Below, in pieces: positions 41,573 through 51,238 of a stretch of DNA of 64,000 nucleotides. Below the pieces are notes generated by a model, which worked only from the letters and a program-made list of their open reading frames with translations, made no database searches and had not been told where the DNA came from. A program made the position numbers and the translations under genes. How positions within the stretch are numbered: the first letter of the stretch is position 1; each line of letters begins with the position of its first letter. Source of the DNA: Rheinheimera sp. (GTDB taxonomy: Bacteria > Pseudomonadota > Gammaproteobacteria > Enterobacterales > Alteromonadaceae); NCBI GenBank assembly GCA_034519945.1, contig JAXHNX010000024.1, positions 22,520 to 86,519 on the forward strand, given 5' to 3'.

Positions 41573-43090
41573 TCAGCGCTGTTTGCTGAAGGTCATGCCG
41601 CTCAGTGTCAGTTGCTGCACCTTGCCTTGTTCGACGGCAAACTTCACCACGTCGCCGGAATTAGGCACTAGTTCCAGCCGCAGCTCGTCCTGTTTATCAA
41701 AACCAGTCGCGACGGCCTGCAGCGCGCCCCAGTGCAATACCAGCTGTTGTTGCGCATTCAGCGCGACGGTCATCTCGCCAAGCTGTGGGTGCAAATAACG
41801 GCCACTGTAGGCGTCGCGCGGCAGGCTGAGCAGTGTTTTGCGGCCATTGATTTTTTCTGATTGCGCTTGTTTCATCGCCGGCAGCTGCGCCAGTTTTTGC
41901 TCAAGTTTGGTAAAACCAGCTTTGACCCTGGCCTTAGTGCCCGCGTCACCCAATAACAGACCGTAGCAATAGTCGGCGATGAGGTTATTCAGGTCGCGGC
42001 TTAACATGTCTTCATTGTGCAAAATCACCAGGCCCATCTGCTGCTTGGGCAGCAACGACAGATGCGCGCTGTAACCTGGGAAACCACCAAAATGATGCAG
42101 CATCGCTTCGCCTTTATAAGGCCCGGTGTACCAGCCAAAGGCATACCCCGTGCGCTGAAAATCGCCGTAGCTGCTGTCGGTTTTTACCTGGGTTTGCTGC
42201 GATTGACTGATCACTTCGGTCGGCAATGGGCTTTTTGCCCCGGGTAGTTGCGCGGCGACAAATTTGGCTAAATCGCCGGCCGTCGCAAACATGCCGCCGG
42301 CGGCATGCATAGTCGCATCGGTTTTTTGCAGATACAGCGGCAGATACAGCGGCTCGGCACTTTTTAGCAGCGAATACGGCAGCGCCAGTGGCCACTTTGC
42401 GGCAATACTTTGGCGCGCGCTGCTATGTTGCATGCCAAGCGGTTGAAAAATAAGCTGTTGTAGCTGTTCTTGCCAGGCCGTGCCGCTCTGCTCATCCAAC
42501 CACAGACTGGCGATGTTGTAGCCGACATTGCTGTAACGGAATTCGCCCCATTTGGCCTCCGGGTCCGGCACTGACAAGGTGGTGAGTGCCTTGAGAGTCT
42601 GCGGCGTATGGATGCCGCTGTAAGCCGTGGCCCAGACCAGTGGCTGATTATCGAGGCCGGACTGATGGCTCAGCAGTTGGCGCAGCGTGACGCGGCTGGC
42701 GTCGATGTTGGGAAACTGCTGCTGTGGCCACATTTGCTGCAGGCTTTGCTGCAGATCCACTTTGCCTTGTTGCGCCAGCAGTAAAAAAGCCAGTGCGGTG
42801 AATGGCTTAGTGGCGGAGGCGATGTAAAATGCTGTGTCGCTGCTAACCACCTGGCGGTGCTGAATATCGGCATACCCGCTGTGATGCTGATAAATCACTT
42901 TGCCCTGATGCACCAGCGCGATAGCGCTGCCAAACGGCAGACCGGCCTGGGTTTTAAGCGCAGCGATGGCTTGATCCAATTCAGCAAAGTCTTGTGGTGT
43001 CAGGGGCTGCGCCTTGGCCGGCGCGCACAAACTGCAACACAGCAACAACAGTGCAGACAGCGGTTTTAGCTGGGGCAGCAAAGGTTTCAT
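41573..43090 (-). CDS. Exported serine hydrolase (class C beta-lactamase-like, with a DUF3471-like C-terminus)
   Basis: SATK (SxxK), YSN and HFGG; signal peptide. Confidence 0.9.
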   Translation of the reverse strand: MKPLLPQLKPLSALLLLCCSLCAPAKAQPLTPQDFAELDQAIAALKTQAGLPFGSAIALVHQGKVIYQHHSGYADIQHRQVVSSDTAFYIASATKPFTALAFLLLAQQGKVDLQQSLQQMWPQQQFPNIDASRVTLRQLLSHQSGLDNQPLVWATAYSGIHTPQTLKALTTLSVPDPEAKWGEFRYSNVGYNIASLWLDEQSGTAWQEQLQQLIFQPLGMQHSSARQSIAAKWPLALPYSLLKSAEPLYLPLYLQKTDATMHAAGGMFATAGDLAKFVAAQLPGAKSPLPTEVISQSQQTQVKTDSSYGDFQRTGYAFGWYTGPYKGEAMLHHFGGFPGYSAHLSLLPKQQMGLVILHNEDMLSRDLNNLIADYCYGLLLGDAGTKARVKAGFTKLEQKLAQLPAMKQAQSEKINGRKTLLSLPRDAYSGRYLHPQLGEMTVALNAQQQLVLHWGALQAVATGFDKQDELRLELVPNSGDVVKFAVEQGKVQQLTLSGMTFSKQR

Positions 43091-43974
43091 ACGGGTTCTC
43101 CCTGATCAGGTTGGCTGGTACCGGCATCAAGCCGCGCGGCGCTATAACGTTGATTAAACTGGTGAAATACCTGATTTTCTGTACTAAAAGGATGCAAATG
43201 CGCGGTTTGCGCGAGGATTTGTTGCGAGCGCGCCAAATCGTTATTGGCCAGGCTTTGCTTCAATTCGGTCAGGACTAATTCGTACACCAGACCGCAAAAC
43301 AAGCTCATATTCAGCAGTGCGCTGCGGCTTTTAAAGGCCTGGATGACCCGGCTGAGATCGCTACTCAGCAGGCCAATAACAAAATGGTTGCCGTCGGCCA
43401 CCAGCTTCAGACTGACATCTGCGGTCTTGCCGTACACCTCGCGGCCATTAGCGCGCAGCGTCAGTTGCACGCCGGGTAAGTCGGCCGGCTCATAGATTTT
43501 CACCCGCACTTCAACACCACGCGCCGCGGCTGCCACTAATTCTTCGGCCAGCAATGGCACAGCGCCTGGCTGCAAGTCAGCCAACAGCAGGCCTTGTGCT
43601 TCGCGGCAAAGCAGGCGGCTGTCATAGAGTAATTGGTCCGGATTTTTCAGCTGGTACACCGCTTCTTGTGTATCCGCCGCCGGTAGTTGCTCCAGTTCGG
43701 TCGCGAGTTCACTCATTGTCTGACTGAATTTGCGTTGCTCGTGGTCGAGCAACTGGCGCCAGGGCACGGCCGCATAGCGTTTTTGCTCTTGCTGCAGCTG
43801 CAGTACCGCGCCTTTTTGATGCAAGGATTCCAGCGCTTTATAGACGTTGGCGACCACTTTGCCGACCTGCTTGGCGACGGCATAACCGGTCATCTCACCG
43901 TGGCGCAGCAGTGCCAGATAAATATCGGTTTCCAGGGCAGTAAACCCCAGCTGTTGCAGGCGAACTGTGCTCAT
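43087..43974 (-). CDS. TrmB-family transcriptional regulator
   Basis: LGFTALETDIYLALL...VYKALESL..KG wHTH, and LVAAAARGVEVRV effector domain. Confidence 0.88.
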   Translation of the reverse strand: MSTVRLQQLGFTALETDIYLALLRHGEMTGYAVAKQVGKVVANVYKALESLHQKGAVLQLQQEQKRYAAVPWRQLLDHEQRKFSQTMSELATELEQLPAADTQEAVYQLKNPDQLLYDSRLLCREAQGLLLADLQPGAVPLLAEELVAAAARGVEVRVKIYEPADLPGVQLTLRANGREVYGKTADVSLKLVADGNHFVIGLLSSDLSRVIQAFKSRSALLNMSLFCGLVYELVLTELKQSLANNDLARSQQILAQTAHLHPFSTENQVFHQFNQRYSAARLDAGTSQPDQGEPV

Positions 43975-44179
43975 ATCAGGCTCTGTGTTTTTTAGTAGCA
44001 TTTCAAACTACTACTAATGAGCTGGCATTACAATAGGTCGATTTGTAAGCGGATTTATCCACAGCGCTGCGTAGCAACTATTTGCAATAAAATTGTTAAC
44101 AAACATCAAGCGCACTCTTGCCGACGCTCAGAATTTTCCGCAAGATGCACTAACACCTTTTGAACGCTGGCGGACACCA

Positions 44180-44713
44180 ATGCCAAACCAACTGCTTGAT
44201 GCCACATTTTTACAAAACGACTGCCTGAGCGCCCCTTTGCCACAAGACTGGCAGCAGTTGCCGGAACAGGCGCTGGGCAAACGGCGCTGGCTATGGCTCG
44301 GGCTGACATTGCTGCCGCTGGCGGTATTGATGCTGCTGATTGTGCTGAGTGGCGGCGAGCTGGCGTTGTACGCCATGTTGGGATTGGTGTTACTGGCTGG
44401 TTTTTTATTACAGCTGTGGCTGCCGTTTCAGCTGACCCGCACCAGATTTTTGCTGCGCCGGCAGGATTTTTTACTCGAATCCGGCGTCTGGTGGCGGCAA
44501 GCGGTGCTGATCCCGTTGACGCGGGTGCAGCATGTCACAGTTAGCCAGGGGCCGCTGCAAAAGCAGTTTGATCTTGCCACGTTAAAAGTGTTTACCGCCG
44601 GTGGTTTACATGCCGAAGCGGCGCTGATGGATATTGAATACGATGAGGCGCAGCGGCTGTGTCAGTTACTGAGCCAGCTGATCCCGCAGGAGACGCAGAC
44701 TGATGTTGCCTGA
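44180..44713 (+). CDS. YdbS-like bacterial PH-domain membrane protein
   Basis: Two TMs, then GVWWR..IPLTRVQHVTVSQGPL..LATLKVFTAGG. Confidence 0.88.
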   Translation: MPNQLLDATFLQNDCLSAPLPQDWQQLPEQALGKRRWLWLGLTLLPLAVLMLLIVLSGGELALYAMLGLVLLAGFLLQLWLPFQLTRTRFLLRRQDFLLESGVWWRQAVLIPLTRVQHVTVSQGPLQKQFDLATLKVFTAGGLHAEAALMDIEYDEAQRLCQLLSQLIPQETQTDVA

Positions 44714-46289
44714 AGCCACGCCGCCAACCAGCCCTTGGCAGCGGGTGTCGGCCTGGGCGTTGCTGCCGTTACTGGGCAAGTCGGCCTGGGAGTTTTTTGG
44801 TTTTATCCTCGGCGGCGCTGTGTTGTCTTCACGGGATAAATATGCCGCTTATATGCCTTATGCGCTGACGCTGCTGGGTTTGCTGATTGTGGCGCGGGCA
44901 TTGGTCGCCTGGCGCTGCAGCCGGTTTCGCGTCACGGCACAGGGCATTGAATTGGAAAAAGGCCTGCTGCACAAAGAGAAGCTGTTGCTGCCGCAGGCGC
45001 GGGTGCAAGAGCTGCAGGTCAAACAACCCCTTTATTTCCGTCCGCTGGCGCTGTATGCCGCCAGCCTCGACAGCGCCGGCAGCAAAAAGCAGGAATTTGC
45101 CCTGACCGGCTTGTCGGAAGCGCAGCTGATGCTGTTACAGGGACAAGCCACCAACAGACCGGCCAGCGAATCGACACCGTTTTACCGGATTTGGCTCGCC
45201 ACTTTATACAACGCCTATTTGTGGCTGCCGCTGGCGGCGGTGTTTGGTATGAGCCAGCAGTTCAGGGATGCAAAGGTTATTCAGTGGCTGTCAGGTGCCA
45301 GCAAAGCGCTGCTGCAGCAATATGATATTCAGCACAATTTGTTGCTGCAGGTCATCAGTGCAATGATGTTGCTGGCGCTGATTGCCTTAGTGCTGACACT
45401 GATGAGCCTGATTTGGCTGTATCCGCAGCACTTGCTGCGCGATGCCCGCAAGTTGCAGCTGACGCAGGGTTCTGTGCTGAAAAAATCGCTGCGGATCTCA
45501 GTGCAGCGTGTACAGCTGGTGCTGGTCAATCAGCCTTGGCTGGCAAGGCTGTTTGGTCATTATTCGCTGATTTTCCGGGGCTTTGCTGCTGACAAACAAC
45601 AAGGTAAATTTGTCGTGCTGGGGCAAACGGCGCCTGAGCTGGATATACAGCTGCAGGCGCAACAGTTGTTGCCGCTGGCTGAAATCCAAGGTGCTGATTT
45701 ACAGAAGTTTGTGCCGGCGTATTTCCGCCGTCAGGCATTATGGTCGGGGCTTGGGGTGCTGCTGATCACAGCGTTAATTTGGCAGTCCAACATGCCGCCG
45801 CTGTGGCTGAAAGGACTGTTCTCCCTGGCCTTGAGCAGCGGGTGGCTGCTGGAAACCTGGCTGAATTACCGCTGGCATGGTTATCGGGTGCAAGACGATG
45901 TGATCTACCTGTGGCAAGGTGGTCTCAGCCGGCGCTGGTACATGTTGCCGCTGCAGCAAGTGCAGCAGGTGCGTTTGCAACAAACGCCGTTTTTCCAGCA
46001 ACACCAGATGGTCAATGTCCAGCTGCATACCGCCAACGGCAAACTGACGCTGGCTGCTATTCCCAACGCTGCAGCGCAGCAACTCTATACACAGGTGCTG
46101 GCGCTGCAGTATCCTAGAAGTGGAAAAGGGGGGAGGGGGGAAAGGGAGGGAGAGGATAGCCAGATCGAGCCGGTATGCGCAAGCGACTCACTTATAACGA
46201 AATTTCCTATGGTCTCGCATGGCAGAACTGGAAAATCACTAGTATCAACAAAAGCTTATTGGAGGAATTTGTCAGGTTCTCTCATCTAA
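44703..46289 (+). CDS. YdbT-like multi-PH-domain membrane protein; C-terminus after about 46110 looks spurious
   Basis: Three bPH repeats (RVQ...QP) separated by TMs; family-like sequence ends at a purine-rich junction. Confidence 0.82.
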   Translation: MLPEATPPTSPWQRVSAWALLPLLGKSAWEFFGFILGGAVLSSRDKYAAYMPYALTLLGLLIVARALVAWRCSRFRVTAQGIELEKGLLHKEKLLLPQARVQELQVKQPLYFRPLALYAASLDSAGSKKQEFALTGLSEAQLMLLQGQATNRPASESTPFYRIWLATLYNAYLWLPLAAVFGMSQQFRDAKVIQWLSGASKALLQQYDIQHNLLLQVISAMMLLALIALVLTLMSLIWLYPQHLLRDARKLQLTQGSVLKKSLRISVQRVQLVLVNQPWLARLFGHYSLIFRGFAADKQQGKFVVLGQTAPELDIQLQAQQLLPLAEIQGADLQKFVPAYFRRQALWSGLGVLLITALIWQSNMPPLWLKGLFSLALSSGWLLETWLNYRWHGYRVQDDVIYLWQGGLSRRWYMLPLQQVQQVRLQQTPFFQQHQMVNVQLHTANGKLTLAAIPNAAAQQLYTQVLALQYPRSGKGGRGEREGEDSQIEPVCASDSLITKFPMVSHGRTGKSLVSTKAYWRNLSGSLI

Positions 46290-46834
46290 TTGCTGGAAAC
46301 AAAAACCTAATTCTTAGCTCAACTTTTCCTAACAGTATGAATCAGGCAATTGATTTAAATCTGACTGAGTACTTGGCAAAAGAATCACTCTCTTCAAATA
46401 CAACGGTTCCACAAGCATGTCAGGAAAAACAAGACAAAGCTGTAAATGGTTACTTGGGTAAAAAAAGCTACCTTGGCTGTGTAAGTAATGAATTAATCGA
46501 TACAGGTGTTTCCGGAATAATAATGATAGGTGCATGCTATTGGACTGGTCCCATCGGCTGCAACATAGCCAGAGCAGAATATGTAAATGAGGGGCGCAAA
46601 TTATTGAATCAGCATTTTGCGTGCGAAGCAGCGAAGACCTTGGCGGATCAGGAATTAATTCAATGCCTAGTCGATACGGATTCAAATGGAAATGGTGGGA
46701 ATGGAGGTCGCGATATAGGTACAATTGCGCCGCGAGTGAATGCACCAATACTGCATTGCGCGGAGTGGGTTACTTTGAAAAATACTACCTTGGGCGACAT
46801 TGATTTTTGCGAACGTTGGGAATCGCTCCCGTAG
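46175..46834 (+). CDS. Cys-rich hypothetical protein, possibly 5'-truncated
   Basis: AT-richer 219-aa ORF with 8 Cys and a Gly/Asn linker, followed by a hairpin terminator. Confidence 0.6.
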   Translation: MRKRLTYNEISYGLAWQNWKITSINKSLLEEFVRFSHLIAGNKNLILSSTFPNSMNQAIDLNLTEYLAKESLSSNTTVPQACQEKQDKAVNGYLGKKSYLGCVSNELIDTGVSGIIMIGACYWTGPIGCNIARAEYVNEGRKLLNQHFACEAAKTLADQELIQCLVDTDSNGNGGNGGRDIGTIAPRVNAPILHCAEWVTLKNTTLGDIDFCERWESLP

Positions 46835-46850
46835 TGGATCAAAAGGCAAG

Positions 46851-46883
46851 GTCAAGAACCATTTATTCACGTTCTTGACTTTT
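46851..46883 (+). terminator. Putative intrinsic terminator
   Basis: gtcaagaac-N11-gttcttgac followed by tttt. Confidence 0.5.
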
Positions 46884-46903
46884 CCGCAGGTCTATTTGAC
46901 TTA

Positions 46904-47596
46904 ATGGAGTTACGCATGGATTTCTATCACAACAAATTTCACAAGGCACAACCACTGACCTTAGGATTTTTTCTGACAGCTGTGGCACTCATCAGTTCGT
47001 CGCAGGTCAATATTGGGCTAGGGCTGTGGCTTGTTTTTATCTTAATCTCAGTCATTTACTGTGCATTTCAGTGCACCAAACGTTTCTCAGGGGTGACGAA
47101 AGGCAATAAGATTTTGTTATCGCTGGTTGTTCTTGCCTTGGTGTGGAAGATTTTCCATCTACAGACAGCCATTCCTGCGTCCAGCGGGGGCAACGTTTGG
47201 ACCTCTGCTGTGCACGCTGATGTTTATCTGGTGTGGACCTATATCTCACCAATCTTTAGCGCATTTTTATTGTTCATTATTATTCTGTCACCAGAATCGC
47301 AACTGACTGCGATGCAAATCCGCGACCGGCGAACATTAAATAAATTGTGGTGGCAGCAAAGCGTCAGCAGCACTTCGAAAGTTCTGTTTTATACAACCTT
47401 GTTGGTGCTGGCTTTGATGGCGGTATCGGCTGTTGTTGCTCAGGTGTCGGACAACGCCTGGTCAGGCTATTTAGATGCAGATGTATGGGTATTTCTGCCA
47501 GAGATGCTGTTGCACTTGCTGGGTTTAATGTTTTATGCCGAATTGCTTGCCGGCAACAGCTCGGCTCTGAAAACAGTGTCTGGCTCTGCTGCTTAG
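46904..47596 (+). CDS. Hypothetical multi-TM membrane protein
   Basis: About six hydrophobic segments; GGAG RBS before the ATG at 46916. Confidence 0.65.
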   Translation: MELRMDFYHNKFHKAQPLTLGFFLTAVALISSSQVNIGLGLWLVFILISVIYCAFQCTKRFSGVTKGNKILLSLVVLALVWKIFHLQTAIPASSGGNVWTSAVHADVYLVWTYISPIFSAFLLFIIILSPESQLTAMQIRDRRTLNKLWWQQSVSSTSKVLFYTTLLVLALMAVSAVVAQVSDNAWSGYLDADVWVFLPEMLLHLLGLMFYAELLAGNSSALKTVSGSAA

Positions 47597-47755
47597 CGGC
47601 AAAGCCAGACACTGAATCAGCTAACATCGTTTTATCACAATAGACATGGCGTCGCAGCCGCTTGGCGGTTAACAACCAGAGCCGCTGACGCTCCTGTTTG
47701 CGGCAAGCGCTGCGCCGCCATACATTCATTACCAAACTAAATGCCGGCTGCTGAA

Positions 47756-48520
47756 TTAAAACTCCTGCACGGTCGGGCGCAGCACAATTTCGTTGATATC
47801 AACATTATCCGGCTGCTCGATGGCGTAGGCCACAGCGCGGGCGACGGCGTCGGCCGGGATTTGATTTTGCTGGTAAAACGCATTGACAAATTCAGCGCTG
47901 GCACCGTGGCTGCTGCCGTGTTTCAGTTCGGATTCGACTGCGCCTGGTAAAATGGTGGTGGTACGGATCTGGCCACCGACTTCATGGCGTAAGCCTTCAC
48001 TGATCGCCCGCACCGCAAACTTGGTGCCGCTGTAGACAGTACCGCCCGGGCTGAAGACCTTAGTGCCGGCCACTGACGAAATATTAATAAAATGACCACT
48101 TTGCTGGGCTTCAAATACCGGCAGTGCAGCGGCGATACCGTACAACACGCCTTTGATGTTAATGTCGATCATCCGGTCCCACTCGTCGGTGCGGCCTTCG
48201 CTCATCGGCGCGATCGCCATCAGACCGGCATTATTGATGATGACATCCAGGCGGCCGTAGCTTTGTTGCGCCAGCTGCACTGCAGCCTGTAAATCTGCGG
48301 CTTTCGTGACATCGACTACCTGATACACAGCGTCGCCACCAGCGGCCTTGATCTCGCTGACCAGCTGCGCCAGCCGGTCGGCGCGGCGCGCCACTAGCAC
48401 CAGTTTGGCACCACGGCTGGCCAACAGCCGGGCGGTACTTTCGCCCAAGCCACTGCTGGCACCGGTGATTAACACCACTTTCTGACTGATACCTGTTTGC
48501 TGTTGTACTTGAGTATTCAT
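47756..48520 (-). CDS. SDR family oxidoreductase
   Basis: TGASSGLG, NNAG and YSGTK. Confidence 0.95.
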   Translation of the reverse strand: MNTQVQQQTGISQKVVLITGASSGLGESTARLLASRGAKLVLVARRADRLAQLVSEIKAAGGDAVYQVVDVTKAADLQAAVQLAQQSYGRLDVIINNAGLMAIAPMSEGRTDEWDRMIDINIKGVLYGIAAALPVFEAQQSGHFINISSVAGTKVFSPGGTVYSGTKFAVRAISEGLRHEVGGQIRTTTILPGAVESELKHGSSHGASAEFVNAFYQQNQIPADAVARAVAYAIEQPDNVDINEIVLRPTVQEF

Positions 48521-48639
48521 CTGTTGTTGCTCCGCGATTAAAGGGTTTTGTTAAACGACAACGGCAGTTTAATTGGCGCGAACTTGCGTTAGAATGGAAT
48601 AGTTAAGCTTTCAGAATTCCAAAAATAGGAATAATCACG

Positions 48640-49531
48640 ATGGCGCTGAATAAACTCGAATTGCTGCGGATTTTTTGCAGCGCGGCGGAGCTGGGGAATT
48701 TTAAAGCCTGTGCCGTCAAGCTGGCGTTATCGCCACAAGCGGTGACGCGGGCTGTGCAGCAGCTGGAGCAGCTGACCGGTGAAGTGCTGTTTCATCGTAA
48801 TACGCGGCAGGTGCGGCTGACGCAATTTGGCGCACAGCTGTATCGGGATGGCCAGTTTGCAATTGGCACAGCTGGACGAACTATTCAGCCCGCGCCTCTC
48901 GACGCAGGATGCACAAGGGCTGGTTCGGCTGGCGGCGCCAGCAGCATTTCAACCGGTATTAAGCCCGTTATTACTGGAGTTTGCCTCGCTGCATCCACAG
49001 ATCCGGCTCGATGTGCGTTTGTCCGATCAGCACAGCGATGTGGTCGATGAACAAATTGATTTAGGTATCCGTGCCGGTTTATTGCGCGACCAGAGTTTTG
49101 TCGCGCTGCAAGTATCCGAAGTGGCGCTGTATCTGGTGGCAAGCCCGGCTTATCTGGCGGCTTATGGCGCACCTTCAGAGCTTGCTGCGCTCAACAACCA
49201 TCAGCAGGTCAGCTTGCTGGACGCCGGCACGGGCCGGCCCTGGGCCTGGTTTTTCCGCGACGGCGAGATTTATCAGCCGCGACAGGTGCGGTTTTTGGTC
49301 AATGATGCGCAGCAGGAGCTGGCAGCTGTCGCCGCTGGCCTGGGCATTGGCCAAATTGCAGACTTTCTGGCAAAACCCTTGCTGACAAACGGCGAACTGG
49401 TGCGACTGTTGCCAGAGCAGGAACCCACGCCCTGGCCGTTGTCGCTCTACCGGCCACAGCGCGGTCCGGTACCGGCCCGCGTGCGGTTATTGTTTGATTT
49501 TCTGCGCGAAGGGCTGCAGAGCTTTAGATAG
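48640..49531 (+). CDS. LysR-family regulator, frameshifted near 48855
   Basis: N-terminal HTH (LFHRNTRQVRLT) and substrate domain (IDLGIR, RVRLLFDFL) in two frames; divergent from the SDR gene. Confidence 0.9.
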
Positions 49532-50254
49532 CTAGCTTTGCATCTGATGGGGCTGTGCACTGAGATCTGCCACAAAACGGACTTTCTCCGCGACGACATA
49601 ACACAAGGTTTTGAGCGCGGCGCCATACAACAAGGTCAGCAGGCACACCGCTGTGGCCGGGCCAAAAGTTTCGCTGAAATTATCGGCATTGGTCTGCTGT
49701 GCAATCGCAATAGCGCCAATCAAGGTGCTGAACAAGCCCAATAACAGGCCACTGTTGCCCATTACCCGGAAAAAATGGCGGATTTGTTGATAGTCCTGCG
49801 GCTGAGCGCCGGGGCGGGGATCAAACAAAAATGCGATGGCGCGTTGGAGTGTCTGTCGGGATGTGGCACCAACCGCAAATAATACTGCTGGCGGGAATAT
49901 CAGCACCAGCGAGATCAAATCATAAAAAGCCAACGGGTCGTCCGGCGCAGAAGCCAGCATAGCCCAGAGCGATATCCCGATAAAAAACAACATGCTGAAA
50001 ATGAACATCAGCCAATCTCCTTTGGTTTGATGCAGAAAGTGCCAGCAAGTTGTGAGGGCCTGCCGCCGATACCACCAGCAAGCGCGTTGCCGGTTATGCT
50101 GTTGCCGCTGAATAAATTCTTCCTGTAAATCGCCGAGTACTGGCTCCTGTAGCGCATCCGGCAATACCCATTCCAGCAAAAGCTGACTGATGATGGGGGG
50201 CTGCATCGCGGGTGGCAACGGACCTGGTGGTAATTGTTGTTGGTGCCATCTCAA
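49532..50254 (-). CDS. Membrane protein: permease-prefix-like N-terminus plus MotA/TolQ-like TM domain
   Basis: LGDLQEEF...WYRRQ, then GLFSTLIG..AVCLLTLLYG; coupled to the padR-like gene. Confidence 0.7.
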   Translation of the reverse strand: MRWHQQQLPPGPLPPAMQPPIISQLLLEWVLPDALQEPVLGDLQEEFIQRQQHNRQRACWWYRRQALTTCWHFLHQTKGDWLMFIFSMLFFIGISLWAMLASAPDDPLAFYDLISLVLIFPPAVLFAVGATSRQTLQRAIAFLFDPRPGAQPQDYQQIRHFFRVMGNSGLLLGLFSTLIGAIAIAQQTNADNFSETFGPATAVCLLTLLYGAALKTLCYVVAEKVRFVADLSAQPHQMQS

Positions 50255-50607
50255 CGGGTAAATCCTCCCTGGTCAAATTGCGGTGCCAGCTGCAATGCAA
50301 GACCTTGCCATAACTGTTCCAAAGCAGCCTTGCTGCGAAACAAAGCCTGGCGCCCTTCGCCGGTGACACTGTAGTATTTTTTGGCGCGGCCTCCACGCTC
50401 AGCCGTGGCTTCACCGAGCTGGCCACTGAGTAAGCCTTTTTGCTCCAGGCGTTCTAATGTGGTGTATAAAGCGCCGATGCTTAAGTCACGCTGGGCTTTG
50501 TCGGCGAGGAAACTGCGGATTTGGCTGCCATATGCATCGTCTTTCAGCTGCAGCACACAAAGCAGCAGCATCTGCTCGAGTTCGCCAATAAATTTTTCCT
50601 GAGTCAT
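50251..50607 (-). CDS. PadR-family regulator
   Basis: GELEQMLLL, AYG, GALYTTLERLEQKG and KKYYSVTGEG. Confidence 0.93.
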   Translation of the reverse strand: MTQEKFIGELEQMLLLCVLQLKDDAYGSQIRSFLADKAQRDLSIGALYTTLERLEQKGLLSGQLGEATAERGGRAKKYYSVTGEGRQALFRSKAALEQLWQGLALQLAPQFDQGGFTR

Positions 50608-50630
50608 CGCAGGCCCGCTTTTATATATTT

Positions 50631-50643
50631 TCTACAATGTAGA
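50631..50643. promoter_or_regulatory. Palindrome TCTACAATGTAGA, likely PadR autoregulatory operator
   Basis: Perfect 6-1-6 palindrome about 24 bp upstream of the PadR-family start. Confidence 0.6.
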
Positions 50644-50677
50644 TTAAATAAGTCAGGCCGGCAAGACGAGAGTGGTT

Positions 50678-51178
50678 TTATTCGCGGATGATCTCAATCT
50701 GCGGCGCATGCTGGCGGATAAACTGGTTCACTTGCGGCAATTCATCTATTGGGAATAACCATAATTGGCCGCCGTTCCAGGCCAGTTGCAACAACGCCGG
50801 GCCGTTTTTGCTTTGCTTGCCCAGCACCAGTTTTTGCACTGAGGCCGGAAAGCAGAAGCCTGCGATACTGATTTGACCGCCTTGGACGCTTAAATCAGCC
50901 AGCAGGCTGCGCGCCATTAGCTGCGGTAACACCCGGGCACGCAGATAATTTGCTGCCGCAATCAGAATACCCAACAAGTACAAGCAGGTGGCGACGGGTT
51001 GCCGCTCTGACCATTGACTGAAAATACAGGCAGTAATGAGCAAGCCACAGAGCAAAGTAAACAGACATTTTCCGGAATAACTCAATGAGTGCCAACCAGC
51101 AGATACTGAGCCCAGCCCCGGGGCTTCTGGCTCACCGCGAAAGTCTTTTTCCCTATAATTCAATATGTTCAACGGCAA
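50678..51178 (-). CDS. Hypothetical membrane protein
   Basis: Two TM segments; start uncertain. Confidence 0.55.
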   Translation of the reverse strand: MPLNILNYREKDFRGEPEAPGLGSVSAGWHSLSYSGKCLFTLLCGLLITACIFSQWSERQPVATCLYLLGILIAAANYLRARVLPQLMARSLLADLSVQGGQISIAGFCFPASVQKLVLGKQSKNGPALLQLAWNGGQLWLFPIDELPQVNQFIRQHAPQIEIIRE

Positions 51179-51238
51179 AATCCTTTTATATAAACATCCG
51201 GTTTACCATAACGAAGACTGCACAGCACCGCAAGATAT

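Noticed and set aside
42329-42352. 12-bp in-frame duplication (PLYLPLYL) in the serine hydrolase
   Set aside because: Frame-preserving slippage or artefact with no evident consequence.
41573-43090. Calling the SxxK hydrolase an AmpC beta-lactamase
   Set aside because: It lacks the KTG motif (has HFG) and carries an extra C-terminal domain, which fits a peptidase or esterase better.
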